Positions 41,386 through 54,942 of a stretch of DNA of 64,000 nt are shown one piece after another (position 1 is the stretch's first letter; every line of letters begins with the position of its first letter). A program made the position numbers and the translations under genes. The stretch is from Octopus vulgaris (Eukaryota): the NCBI GenBank assembly GCA_951406725.2, contig OX597817.1, forward strand, positions 132,184,001 to 132,248,000, given 5' to 3'. The notes below the pieces were generated by a model. That model did not search any database, was not told the DNA's origin, and worked only from the letters and a program-made list of their open reading frames with translations.

Positions 41386-41903
41386 ATTTATATTCTGTTA
41401 TTCTTTTATATGTTTCAGCCTTGAGGTTGTGGCCATGCTGGATCATGTGTGTGTGTGTGTGTGTCTATCTGTCTGTATGTATATATGTATATGTATGTGT
41501 GTGAACAATAATATTTTCAACAGATGTGTTGCAAATGTATCTGATTGTTCTCAAGCTTCAATACTGTGTGTGTGTGTATGTGTGTGTGTGTATGTATGTA
41601 TGTATATGTATGTATGTATATGTATGTATGTATGTATGTGTGTATGTATGTATGTGTGTGTGTATGTATGTGTGTGTGTGTATGTATGTATGTATGTATG
41701 TATGTATGTATGTATGTATGCATGCATGCATGCATGCATGCATGTATGTATGTATGTATACATACTTTATTACTAATTACTCTCTTCCAAGAACATTTTC
41801 ACTCACTCTTAGCTCTTAGCTTCCCATACATTTTACTCATGTATCTATCAGCGTCATAGACAGAATACTTTCACTTTAGTCTTCCTCAAATCACTCTGTC
41901 GCT

Positions 41904-42174
41904 ATTTACTTTCATTTTATTCGTTGCCCACTGTGTGTGTGCGTTTGCGTGTGGTGTAAACCAGACTAAGAAAAGCATTTGACACACACACCAGAATGTG
42001 AGTTTTCTGTAAATTTTGCTTAATTGGAGTTTAAATTTTAAAAACTGGACCTGGCATGACGCGATGCATTGTACTCTCAAAAATGCTAGGTAAATTGTAA
42101 TTGAAGAAATCCTATATTGTAGATTTGTATAACTCCCAAAGGGAGGCAGATAAAATCTGCCTTTTATAATAAGA
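41904..42174 (-). mobile_element. Helitron-like 5' segment, duplicated at about 44903-45174
   Basis: About 270-bp near-identical direct repeat whose minus strand begins TC(TC)TTATTATAAAAGGCAG. Confidence 0.55.
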
Positions 42175-42568
42175 CTAGCAGTATCGCCCGGCGTTGCTCG
42201 GGTTTGTAAGGGAAATAATTATATAAGCATTTTTAGAGATGTAAAGTATAATAGCCATCTCAATATGGCTAACCACAAAGGGGGAGGGGTGTTACTGTAG
42301 CTTTTTACGTTCTGAGATTTAATAATAAATTTTAGAGAGTTACTTCCCTTATATATGTCAAAAATGGATTAAAAATGGGAAAAATTGATGGTAATTTTTT
42401 TTTAAATCGTAGACTCATCGTAGACGCGCGCTAATACCCAGACGGTCTCGATATGAATCACGACTATAAGATACCCGCTTTTGGTTAAACTGCACCGCAA
42501 AATGTGGGAGTAGTTAGGAATCTAAATCGTAGGAGACAGACACACAACCTCACTTTTATATATAAAGA
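42175..42568 (-). mobile_element. Non-autonomous Helitron (same family)
   Basis: Same 3' hairpin + CTAG and 5' TC end; shares long blocks with 40374-41008. Confidence 0.8.
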
Positions 42569-42631
42569 TTTCCTCTATTTACATAATATTGAGGTCTCTT
42601 TCTTTCTTTTGTTATCTTACTGTTTTTAACA

Positions 42632-42683
<52 letters not shown>

Positions 42684-42692
42684 GTATAAATA

Positions 42693-43015
42693 GTTACAGA
42701 GATGTACTTGCATAGCAAGTGACTTGATCTGAGATCGTGTGCTGGAACGAAAACAGTTGCAGCGTTGAAGGTGTTTATAAGCCATTTAAGAAACACACAA
42801 AAACCGTTAGATTCACTTCAACATTTAAATTTAATTTGTCAAAATATTTTCGTCGCTTTGAGACCGCGACCTGTTAGCACGATATTTTTGTCAGTGAACA
42901 GGTCGCGGTCTCAAAGCGACGAAAATATTTTGGCAAATGAAATTTAAATGTTGAAGTGAATGTAACGGTTTTTGTGTGTTTCTTAAATGGCTTACAAACA
43001 CCTTCCACGCTGCAA
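42693..43015. mobile_element. Fold-back element (about 119-bp inverted arms), probably an inverted Penelope pLTR
   Basis: Arms 42757-42875 and 42897-43015 are near-perfect reverse complements. Copies at about 1823-2087 and 20943-21190. Confidence 0.75.
42887..42937 (+). ncRNA. Minimal hammerhead-like motif with G3:C8 swapped core (second copy)
   Basis: UUUGUCA-GUGAACA-G-GUCGC-GGUCUCAAA-GCGAC-GAAA-AUAU-UU-UGGCAAA; one G-U pair in stem I. Confidence 0.58.
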
Positions 43016-43344
43016 TATATATATACACACATATATATATATGTATGTATGCATGTATGTGTGTGTGTGTGCGTGTCTGTGCTTGTGATTGTCCTCCACC
43101 ACTGCTTGACAACGAATGTTGGTTTGTTTACATCCCTGTCACCTAGTGGAAACAGATAGAATAAGTACAATGCTTACAAAAATAAAACTGGAGTTGATTC
43201 ATTAAACTACAATTCTTCAAGGCATTGCCCCAGCATGGCCACAGACCAATGGCTGGAAAAAGCAGAAGAATAAAAGAATACATTCTCTGCTTTGGTCTTA
43301 TGTTCAAGGCATAAGAAAGCTTGAGTTTACATGAGAAGGCCTAA

Positions 43345-44682
43345 CAGACCTGGTAGAAACAGCAGCCAAATCTCCCTCAAATCACACCTTACTGTCTTAT
43401 GTATGTATATATATATGAGCCAATGAGGGGGACCTCTACATGGTAGCTAGACCTGGTAGAAATAGCAGCCAAATTTCCCCCAAATCACACCTTACTGTCT
43501 TATCTATGTATATATGTATGTATGAGCCTATGAGGGAGACCCCTACATGGCAGCTAGACCTGGTAGAAATAGCAGCCAAATTTCCCCCAAATCACACCTT
43601 TCTGTCTTATCTATGTATATATGTATGTATGAGCCTATGAGGGAGACCCCTACATGGCAGCTAGACCTGGTAGAAATAGCAGCCAAATTTCCCCCAAATC
43701 ACACCTTACTGTCTTATCTATGTATATATGTATGTATGAGCCTATGAGGGAGACCCCTACATGGCAGCTAGACCTGGTAGAAATAGCAGCCAAATTTCCC
43801 CCAAATCACACCTTACTGTCTTATCTATGTATATATGTATGTATGAGCCTATGAGGGAGACCCCTACATGGCAGCTAGACCTGGTAGAAATAGCAGCCAA
43901 ATTTCCCCCAAATCACACCTTACTGTCTTATCTATGTATATATGTATGTATGAGCCTATGAGGGAGACCCCTACATGGCAGCTAGACCTGGTAGAAATAG
44001 CAGCCAAATTTCCCCCAAATCACACCTTACTGTCTTATCTATGTATATATGTATGTATGAGCCTATGAGGGAGACCCCTACATGGCAGCTAGACCTGGTA
44101 GAAATAGCAGCCAAATTTCCCCCAAATCACACCTTACTGTCTTATCTATGTATATATGTATGTATGAGCCTATGAGGGAGACCCCTACATGGCAGCTAGA
44201 CCTGGTAGAAATAGCAGCCAAATTTCCCCCAAATCACACCTTACTGTCTTATCTATGTATATATGTATGTATGAGCCTATGAGGGAGACCCCTACATGGC
44301 AGCTAGACCTGGTAGAAATAGCAGCCAAATTTCCCCCAAATCACACCTTACTGTCTTATCTATGTATATATGTATGTATGAGCCTATGAGGGAGACCCCT
44401 ACATGGCAGCTAGACCTGGTAGAAATAGCAGCCAAATTTCCCCCAAATCACACCTTACTGTCTTATCTATGTATATATGTATGTATGAGCCTATGAGGGA
44501 GACCCCTACATGGCAGCTAGACCTGGTAGAAATAGCAGCCAAATTTCCCCCAAATCACACCTTACTGTCTTATCTATGTATATATGTATGTATGAGCCTA
44601 TGAGGGAGACCCCTACATGGCAGCTAGACCTGGTAGAAATAGCAGCCAAATCTCCCTCAAATCACACCTTACTGTCTTATCT
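43345..44682 (+). repeat. 107-bp tandem array, about 12.5 copies
   Basis: Unit GACCTGGTAGAAATAGCAGCCAAATTTCCCCCAAATCACACCTTACTGTCTTATCTATGTATATATGTATGTATGAGCCTATGAGGGAGACCCCTACATGGCAGCTA. ORF-track starts recur every 107 bp. Confidence 0.97.
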
Positions 44683-45169
44683 TTCTGCTACTTATATTCG
44701 TCGTAAAAAACTTTCCTGTCACACACTCACGCACACGCACACACACACACACACACACGCGCGCGCACCCTCACACACACACACGCGCGCGCACACACAC
44801 ACACACGCACGTTAGCTTACAATTTAATTTATATATTTGCGTGTCTGTGTTGAAAGAGGAAGTGGGAGGCAGAGTGAAAGAATCACTCACTACAGTAAGT
44901 AAATTACTTTCATTTTATTCGCTGCCCACTGTGTGTGTGCGTTTGCGTGTGGTGTAAACCAGACTAAGAAAAGCATTTGACACACACACCAGAATATGAG
45001 TTTTCTGTAAATTTTGCTTAATTGGAGTTTAAATTTTAAAAACTGGACCTGGCATGACGCGATGCATTGTACTCTTAAAATTGCTAGGTAAATTGTAATT
45101 GAAGAAATCCTATATTGTAGATTTGTATAACTCCCAAAGGGAGGCAGATAAAATCTGCCTTTTATAATA

Positions 45170-45201
<32 letters not shown>

Positions 45202-46153
45202 CTGTATGTATGTGTGTGTATGTATGCATAAACGCAGTATTACCCACACTCTCATACGCACATATTTCTGTTGATAAAGTGGGGAAGACAGTGTATGTGC
45301 GTGTGTGTGTTTGTATATATATACATATAAATTACATATATATATTATATATAAATGTATTTATATGTATACATACATATGTATTACATATATATGCATA
45401 TATATATATATGTATACCCATGTATACATATATATATATATACACACACATATATTCATGCATATATATGTATATATATATGTATATATATATAATATAT
45501 ATATATATATGTGTATGTATATATGTATATATATATATGTATGTATATATGTGTTTGTGCGTGTGTTGGTGTATACGCATACATACATTATATACATATG
45601 TGAACGTATAGCTGTGTAAGTGCATACACACACACACGAACACACTCACACATATATATATATAAATACACACACACATACACACACACGTTTGAGTGTG
45701 AGTGTATGTGTGTGTGTGTGTGTGTGTATGTGTCTATGTACACATGAACACACGAATATGAGTGCGAATATGTGAGCGAGTGTGCATGTGTATGTGTTTG
45801 TGTGTGTATATCTCTGTACATATATGCATGTGTGTATGTAAGTGCGTGTGTACGGGAAGGGATCAGCATTGTCCAACAGAACCCAGAACATTGGGGTCAG
45901 TTTAATTAGTTGCCAAATTTGAAATGACGAGGACTGTCAGATTCCCACCGTCGGTGGCTGTAAGTGCGGTTGAGGGGATATTAGTAGCAGTAGGCGGTGG
46001 TGGTGGTGGTGGTGATGGTGATGGTTATGGAAGTGGGGCCGTTATGGGGGGAGGTGAAACCTCATTCCATTCAGGGTCAATACAAGAATAAAAAGGGCGC
46101 ATTCTGTTGCTTCTAATGGCTGGATTTATCGTTATTATCAGTCTATCAACGGC

Positions 46154-46204
<51 letters not shown>

Positions 46205-46593
46205 AATTTTCACCACTACAACTACCACATCATCATCAGCATCCTCATCTTAACCACCACCACCACCACCACTTTTATCATCATCATCATCATCGTCGTC
46301 GCCGTCACAACTACCGTCACTACCAGGAAGATAACGACCCCAACGGTTATAATTATCACACTCAACATATTTAAGAGAGAGGGAGAGAGAGGGAGAAAGG
46401 GAGAGAGAGAGGGAAAGAGAGAGACAAAGAGAGACGGACATTCCACATCTCTCCCTCTCACCAATTCCATAATAATCAACCTTCGTTTCTCTCTTCTCAA
46501 AATCTCCATTCTATTCACTTGCTTCCCCTTCTTTCCCACATCCTCCTCACAGCCTCTCCTTTCTTGACGCTACTTCTCTTTTTCACACACACA

Positions 46594-46633
<40 letters not shown>

Positions 46634-46634
<1 letters not shown>

Positions 46635-46865
46635 CTATATATATAAAACTGAGAATGTGTGTCTGTCTGTCTGTGTGAATCCCTAAAACTTGAGAACTAC
46701 ACAACCAATTTCATTCAAATTTACACATGCTCTACTTAGGGTCCATGTATGTCATGTGCAACACAATCTTTAACTTCTTACCTAGTGCGAGCCCACAGCA
46801 ATATCATATCTTCTCCACTATTTTAGTATTACGTGTTAAAAGTGAAACAAAAACATCTCTCTATT
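46634..46865 (+). mobile_element. Helitron-like 5' end
   Basis: a|TCTATATATATAAAACTG start, same as the 5' end of the 40374-41008 element, followed by a (TCTG)n tract. Confidence 0.5.
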
Positions 46866-47008
46866 GTATATATATGGATGTGTATATATATATATTTACA
46901 TGTATATATATGGATGTATACATGTATATGTATAGCTGTATATGTATACATGTATATGAATAGATGTATTTCTATAGATATACATGTATATGTATACATG
47001 AATGTCTA

Positions 47009-47042
<34 letters not shown>

Positions 47043-48079
47043 TGTATATGTAATATGTACACATATATACACACATATATACATGCATACATATATACAC
47101 CCATACACACATACATACACACACATACATATACATAGGTGCAGGTGTCGCTGTGTGATAACAAACTAGGTTCCAAAACACATGGTCCTCAGTTCAGTCC
47201 CACTGTGTGGTGACTTGGCATGTGTCTTCTGCTATAGCCTCAGACCAACCAAAGCCCTGCGTACTAACGATTCTGCCAGTTCACCGCTGTATGCTGTCTT
47301 AAAATCAGCCAATAATATTTATTTCTTTATTGCCCACAGGGGGCTAAACATAGATGGGACAAACAAGGACAGACAAACGGATTAAGCCGATTATATCGAC
47401 CCCAGTGGATAACTAGTACTTAATTTATCGACTCCGAAAGTAGGAAAAGCAAATCAAACCCGGCGGAATTTGAACACAGGCGAAATACCGCCTAAGCCTT
47501 TCGCCCGGCGTGCTAACGTTTCTGCCAGCTCACCGCCTTACGCTGTCTTAGAATCAACCAATTATATTTCCACGATGCAACATGAAACTCCGTACAGTTG
47601 TTTCATTGTTTTACCCTTCGAATCATTCTCGCAGGGAAAATATCTAAATTGATATAAATTCCTCTGTATCAAACAAACTGAATTTGTTTGAATCTTACTG
47701 AAACTGATAAGTTATCAATTACCTATCAATATTATCGGCTGCAATAACAACATTGATCATATCCCTGTCTCATAGTGTTATAACTTTGTCAAACCAATTA
47801 TTGAATACTATTTGTCTATGTCAACCTCAGCGTCCATTGTGCTCTGTGCTCTCTCATGGGGGTTGGTTTTTATCTTGGCACGACAAAAACAAACCAAAAC
47901 GTATTTACATGATTTGCGAGACGTCAAGTCGTCCATTATAACCTCTGTAATGACTATATTAAACTTGTCAAAGGTTTATCAAGCCCTTCTTTGAAGCTTT
48001 CAAAACTCTACATTCTCTCTTTCTCTCTCTCTCTCTGTCTCTGTGTGTGTGTGCGTTTCCATGTATGTAAGTGTATGTA

Positions 48080-48115
<36 letters not shown>

Positions 48116-48149
48116 TATATACATATATAGTACATACATATATATATTA

Positions 48150-48430
48150 TAGAAAATAAAGTAAAGCTCGAACGCAGAGTAGCTGAAGATAGGGAAAATA
48201 CCTTTAGAAGATGGAGAAAAGCGGCAAGGCTACCGCCACACAACGGAATTTCAGAGGTACAGGGTTCGTTTCTCTGTAGCTGCTTGCTGACCAGGTTCTT
48301 TCCGTCTTCCAAGGGGTTTTACCCAATCTTTTCAATTGTTTTCACAGCTATTTTGTGTCTGAGATTTCTTCTATATCCTGTATAATACCAACTCACTCGG
48401 TACTTCTAAGTTTGCTTATAAAAGAAAAAG
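48150..48430 (+). mobile_element. L1/Tx1-like LINE extreme 3' end
   Basis: KVKLERRVAEDRENTFRRWRKAAR resembles the KLRVERE...F..RW terminus of the copy at 1-815; A-rich end. Confidence 0.4.
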
Positions 48431-48445
48431 TTCATACATACATAA

Positions 48446-48477
<32 letters not shown>

Positions 48478-49562
48478 TTATCTATATGTGTGTGTGTGTG
48501 TGTGTGTCGCCATGATAGATCGTTAGCCACTACACACATATTTTTCTCTCCTTGTTTTTTCTGTGTTGCTTTCTGTAGAAGAGCGTAGGCTCGAAACGTA
48601 AAAGACTTTTTCTATTCCTGAGCGTTATACTAACACATCTGTTTGTTTTGTACACCACCTGTATTCGTCTTTTGTTTTTTTCGTAAACTCTCCCTATATA
48701 TATATATATTTATATATATACATGAATACATACATACATGTGTATGTGTGCGTAACTATGTAGGTATGTATATACTTTCGTACTGAACGATATGTTGATT
48801 TATGCTCGTAGATTAAAAATTTCTGCTCATAATTCCGATATTATGCGTATAAATCGAACTAATGTATTAGCATTCTGAATAAACTCAGTGACTGTTCAGT
48901 TGCTCATTTCTTCCATGCCCACCCTAACCAAGTAGACTATAAGTATTTCCGAACCTGCCCATCCCGTATATTATCCTGAAATTAATGTATTTAGAGCTGC
49001 ACTATCTGATGCAAGTGCGATGAATAGCACATAGATTCGTCATCCTTTATAAACACTTCAAGAGGAAATGCCCAATATGCATCAATTCAAACCATTATGT
49101 AACTACACTAAACGATAAAACATTAACGACAACAAGAAGCTCTTTGCAAACACGCGGCTCTTTTCAAACACAAGTGTGGCCTACGAATGGCGTGGCTAGT
49201 GCCTGAAAAATAGGAAACCCACAAAGATCTTAATAATAAAGATAATTAATAATAATTAATGAAAATAGGATTATTGATTGTGGAGGCACAAGGCTTAGTG
49301 GTTAGAGCAGCGGATTCGCGATCGCGCGTTCGAATCTCAGACCGGGCGATGTGTGTGTTTACGAGCGAAACACCTAAGCTCCACGCGGCTCGTGCAGAAG
49401 GTAATGGCGAACTTCTGCTGACTCTTTCGCCACAACTTTCTCTCACTCTTTCCTTCTGCATCTATCAGCTCAACTGCGACGGACCAGCGTCCGTCCAGCT
49501 GGGGAACCTATACGACAAGGAAACCGGGAAACCGCTCCTATGCTCCACAAGGGGCAAAAAGG

Positions 49563-49648
49563 ATGAAGAAGAAGAAGAAGAAGAAGAAGAAGAAGAAGAA
49601 GAAGAAGAAGAAGAAGAAGAAGAAGAAGAAGAAGAAGAAGAAGAAGAA
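49563..49648. repeat. (GAA)n microsatellite
   Basis: Seen directly. Confidence 0.95.
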
Positions 49649-49807
49649 GGATTATTGATTACCGAATGAAAGGTTTTAGAATTGTTTACTTGATAATAAA
49701 GAATTGATATTACTTTGTTGTAAACGTATGTGTAAATATAAGAGAGACCCCTGGCAACATGCATGTCAGCAACGTGGCCCATAGAGGCTATTATCGTGTG
49801 TCTAGCT

Positions 49808-50285
49808 CTTTTTACTTTTTAAGTTACAGCTTTAGAACTGCGGCCATGCTCGAGCACCGACGTTAGCTTAGCTACTTTTTCACAACTTGAAACCTACTCT
49901 GCTATGTGGCAATTGGTGAATGAGGGAGTTTGATGTTGCTGCCCTCGTCTGTGTTTCCTGCGACGAAGTAAGTTCGTCCGAATCTCTTGACAGGAGGAGA
50001 TCCAATTTTGTTTTGAGGACACCTTCAGCCACTCCATATAGGTCTCTTAGGCTTTTGGAAATGATACTGAAGAACTGTGAGTCCTTGAAACCTGATGGCA
50101 ATGCTCCGTTCAGTGGTTTGTGTAACTTTTAATGCCAAAGCTTGGCATAACTGTATATTACTGCGTATCTTTCCCGCCTTCGTTCTAAGTAGAGTCTTCA
50201 CTTTTTCATCCCCTCCCAGGAGCTGACTGTCGCATTGAGACGATCTTCTTTGTATTGCTTCGCTGGATTTCTTCGAGTTACACCT
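49808..50285 (-). mobile_element. CR1/L2-superfamily LINE 3' end with tail
   Basis: Broken ORF ...LERRRERYAVI...F..I.KSLRDL.GV....KTKLDLLLS...DE..., then a tail cggtgctcgagcatggccgcag...aagtaaaaagag. Confidence 0.7.
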
Positions 50286-51982
50286 TATTTTTACACTGTG
50301 TGGTTTCCTATTCCCTCGTTCTGAAAGCTCTTTACTACAAATACACCAACGACCGCTTCAAATATTGGCGGTGTTTCTGCTGCACTTTATATCTCCTAGT
50401 TTTGAAATTCAGGGACTTATTTGAGGTATGTTTTGGAGAGATTTTAGCTGTTTGAGTGTTTGCATATAAACGTCATAATTTTCTTAGGGCGCCTGGCTGG
50501 CAGAAACGTTAGCATGCCGGGCGAAATGCTTAGCGGTATTTCGTCTGGCTTTACACTCTGAGTTCAAATTCCGCCGTCATCTTTGCCTTTCATCCTTTCG
50601 GGGTCGATAAATTAAGTACAAGTTGCGTACTGGGGCCGATCTAATCGACTTGTCCCTCCCCCAAAATTTCGGGCCTTGTACCTAGAGAAGAAAAGAAAGA
50701 TTATTTTCTTTCCTGTTAAGGTGGCGAGCTGGCAGAATCGTTAGCGTGCCGGACGAAATGCTTAGCGGTATTTGACCTGTCGCTACGTTCTGAGTTCAAA
50801 TTCCTCCTAGGTCGACTTTGCCTTTTATCCTTTCGGGGTCGTTAAATCAAGTACCAGTGAAAAACTGGGGTCGATGTAATCGACTCATCCCTTCTCCTAA
50901 AATTTCAGGTCTTGTGCCTATGAATTATTTTGAATGAATTATTTTCTTTCTTGTTGTTGTGATTGTAGAATCCAGTAGTAATTGGTCCGAAACCAATATG
51001 TTACACCACAACAGTTTTCATCTTCCAAATTTCCTTCTCGAGGCTTTAATCAACCCCAACTACAAAAAAAGCCAGATTTCTAATTTATCACGTTAAGATT
51101 GAACCCAAGATCTCATATTTTCCAAGCGAGATTCTCAACAACACGGCCACGTTTAACACAGAATGTAAAGCAGGACTATCTCTAGTCAGTTACCTCGTCT
51201 ACAACCGTTTCCCATATTACAATAACATCGTGTGAAAAAATAATCAATATGTCAGACTGGTGGCTATATTTCAGAGAGGTTCTCCATTATAAAACTGACT
51301 TTCAGTTGATCTGCAATGAGATAATCGCTACTGTTACACGTCTATCGCGGTAACTTCTATTTTCTTTTATAACAACCTGAAGAATTTAACTGGAAACTTG
51401 AAATATATTACAAAAATAAAACCGCTCGGGAACGTTTCTGCGAGTTAATGAGATAGACTGACCACCACACTAGTTTGAAAACATCTGACAGCTTTATCGC
51501 GAAATCCTAACACTAAAACCGACATTAGTTCAACCTGTCAGTTATTGGTTTATCTTCGTGAAAAGCTCGAAACTATCTTCCTTTCAGCTCCCTGCTTGTT
51601 CAGTCGTCTGTCAGCGGCAGACATTAATTAGAGGCATTCTATTATCAACACCAATTGATATCATATTTATAAACCTTTCGGATAATCAGGTTTGATCAGT
51701 CAGCTCTGTTACAAGAGATCAATGTAGCTTCACTTGTTATTAGTCTGGACATGGTTTAATGTTTCGTCTCTTCTTCGAACAATCTTGTGCGATGTAAATT
51801 GAGGAATCGGGAGGGGGGAACATTTCATTGAATCTGATAAGTGATTCCAATCAATAAAACAAGACAAATTGCTGTTCACTTTGTGACCTCATAAGGGATC
51901 CTAATCTATTTGAGCGCTTAATGAGATGTTTCTACGACATATCATCATACAAGAAATATCGGGGAGATATATCTAAGGACGA

Positions 51983-52131
<149 letters not shown>

Positions 52132-52224
52132 CGGGCAGAATTATTACAGTTCTTGATAAAATACTTAGTGGCGTTTTCCCAGATATCACGTTCTGAGTTC
52201 AAATGCCACCAGGGTCGAACTTGT

Positions 52225-53430
52225 TTGCACTGGCAGATTCTGTGAGAGCGGACGGCAGCCTGTTGTCAGAGGTCTCACAGGGTCTCTTTCCATACCTTAT
52301 AAGCCTTGATACTTGGTTGTTAATTATCGTTGAAGACATTGAACATCCAAGCATCAATCTCAAAATCCTAGCTGTCCCCAACAGAGCACTTTTGGAGGGC
52401 TTGTTCTGCTCTTATGTCAATTCCGATTTCTCTGACTTATTTCTCGAACTTGGTTGTTAGTGCTCCGAGTACCCCTACTACTACTGGAATGACAGGTACT
52501 CTTTCCATAGTCCACATTCTTGCAATTTCGTCTTTTAGTAGTCAATTTTTTTCAATCTTTTCTAGTTCTTGGTAACGCGTGCGTACATCTCCAGGTAATG
52601 CAATATCTATAATCTCGGTTTCCTTTCTTCTTTTATCTACCACAACATTATCTGGTCTCCGTCCCTTGATTAGGGAGTCACATTGGATTGTAAAACCCCA
52701 CAGTATCTTATGTTCCTTGTTCTCGGTGAGTCCTTCTGGTTCATGTTCGTACCATTTCCACGCTCTGTACTTTTCACACAGCCCCAAGTGGACGAACTTA
52801 GTCACTTTATCGTGCCTCTTTTTGTTGTGCTTTTGGGCCTGCTTGCTACACTCACTCACAATATGTGAGATTGTTTTGTTTCTGCTGCCGCACGTCCTAC
52901 AGTTGGGCGATTCGCTACTCTTATCTATCTGGAACTTGGTGTATTTAGATCTCAGAGCTTGTTCCTGTGTGCTGCATATTCCTCAGTGCATCCTTTCAGA
53001 TCACTTTTTCTTAGCCATCTCCAAATGTTGATCTTGTCTTTTCCTTCTATTTCTCTGAAGTATTGCCCATGCAGTTGTCTCATTTCCAGTAGCTTACTCT
53101 CTCTCTCTCTCTTCCTCATCTGGTTCCTTAAATATTTGTGGCTGCGTCAACATTTTCGCAGGTATTACATTGTTAATTCTAAAAGCGGCAAGCAATGATT
53201 CACTCTGTTGCTTGATGTACCTTCCTAGACTGTTCTTTTCGTTGACAACACAGCTCTTGCATCCTAGCAGACCTCTTCCACCCCTGTTTTAAGCACATAC
53301 CGTCTCTCAGTATTGCTTTAGGGGTGTAGTTCCTTGTCAATTGTCATCACTTTTCTAGTATTCCTGTCCATTTCCTCAAGCTCATTCTTTGTCCACCTAA
53401 CAACACCTGCGCCGTATCGCATTAAGGAAA
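52225..53430 (-). mobile_element. R4/Dong-like RLE non-LTR retrotransposon 3' fragment
   Basis: CxxC...HxxxxC knuckle, RHD, ILW..TIQ.D, RRPD..V.D...IIDIA.P and EKIEK restriction-like endonuclease motifs; C-terminal LGTARILR. Confidence 0.85.
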
Positions 53431-53857
53431 CAGATTTCCTTCATTTCACAGGTGAAGTGGGAGATCATTGATGGAAGTTATAAAAAACATCTTTGGGTTT
53501 TGGAACAAACTATATCAAAATCTTTAGGTCGTAATTAAGAAATTGGTTTCATTAATTTTTAGAATTAAATCTATGAACATGAAATGGTGATAAATTACAA
53601 TTTATCTTGCCGCTGTTCCGGGGGCCTACATCAGCAGGTCTTAGTTTTATTCCATTTACCTGTAGGAAGCTCCTGGACCTTTCCTTTCTCCACTTTCTCA
53701 CGAAGATCTATGCTCCAAACGTAAAAATCCCGGTCTTTTGTCAACCTCTACTCAGCGTAAAGCTAATACATCCCATATGCACATCCCCTTGACGTTATAC
53801 GATTTGCTGTTTTCGACGTTTCGTTTTTAGTATTCAGATTTCAATGTTTCATTTGAC

Positions 53858-53932
<75 letters not shown>

Positions 53933-53989
53933 CATATATATATACATATATATATAATACATATACATATATATATGTGTATATATATG

Positions 53990-54020
<31 letters not shown>

Positions 54021-54027
54021 GTATATA

Positions 54028-54085
<58 letters not shown>

Positions 54086-54121
54086 CATACATACATGCAA
54101 TTATATATATATATATATATA

Positions 54122-54533
54122 GGCGCAGGAGTGGCTGTGCGGTAAGTAGCTTGCTAACCAGCCACATGGTTCTGGGTTCAGTGCCACTGCGTGGCATCTT
54201 GGGCAAATGTCTTCTGCTATAGCCTCGGGCCGACCAAAGCCTTGTGAGTGGATTTGGTAGACGGAAACTGAAAGAAGCCTGTCGTATATATGTATATATA
54301 TATATGTATGTGTATGTATATGTCTGTGTGTCTGTGTTTGTCCCTCTAGCATTGCTTGACAACCGATGCTGGTGTGTTTACGTCCCCGTCACTTAGCAGT
54401 TCGGCAAAAGAGAACGATAGAATAAGTACTGGGCTTACAAAGAATAAGTCCCGTGGTCGATTTGCTCGACTAAAGGCGGTGCTCCAGCATGGCCGCAGTC
54501 AAATGACTGAAACAAGTAAAAGAGTAAAGAGTA
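54122..54533 (+). mobile_element. SINE family B (tRNA head, CORE-like segment, internal microsatellite)
   Basis: tggctgtgcggtaag (A box)...ggttcagtgcc (B box)...cttgggcaa...(TA/TG)n...ggcggtgctccagcatggccgcag...gtaaaagag tail. Confidence 0.88.
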
Positions 54534-54741
54534 AATATATATATATATATATATTATCGGTTTATTTCCTCATGTTCCTTTCTATTGAAGAGCGTAGTCT
54601 CGAAACGTAAAGGACTTTCTCACCTTCCTGAGAGTGAAAATAATACACCTGTCTTTGTCTTTTGTTTTTCTGTAAATTTCAACTTTATCTATCTATCTCT
54701 CCGTCTGTATACCTATCTATTTGTCTATCTATCTATCCATC

Positions 54742-54815
<74 letters not shown>

Positions 54816-54856
54816 TAAATAAATGGAGTTTAACGCAGGTCTAAATCAAATATTTT

Positions 54857-54942
54857 ACTTTCGACACATGTTCCGAAAATTCCACTGATACTATTCCAAA
54901 GAATAAATGGTATAAACAATGCAATCTTCTCTTCAGGAAAGT
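54857..54942 (-). ncRNA. Type I hammerhead ribozyme motif (one core substitution)
   Basis: ACUUUC-CUGAAGA-[long stem II GAAGAUU/AAUUUUC]-GGAAC-AUGU-GUC-GAAAGU. 6-bp stem I; GGAA instead of GAAA. Confidence 0.75.

Noticed and set aside
43345-44682. CRISPR-like array or repeated 66-aa genes
   Set aside because: Units are identical with no variable spacers, there are no cas genes, the context is eukaryotic, and the period of 107 is not a multiple of 3.
48153-48257. Candidate GPCR C-terminal exon
   Set aside because: Phase-0 reading hits TAA at once; the open frame resembles an L1/Tx1 ORF2 terminus.
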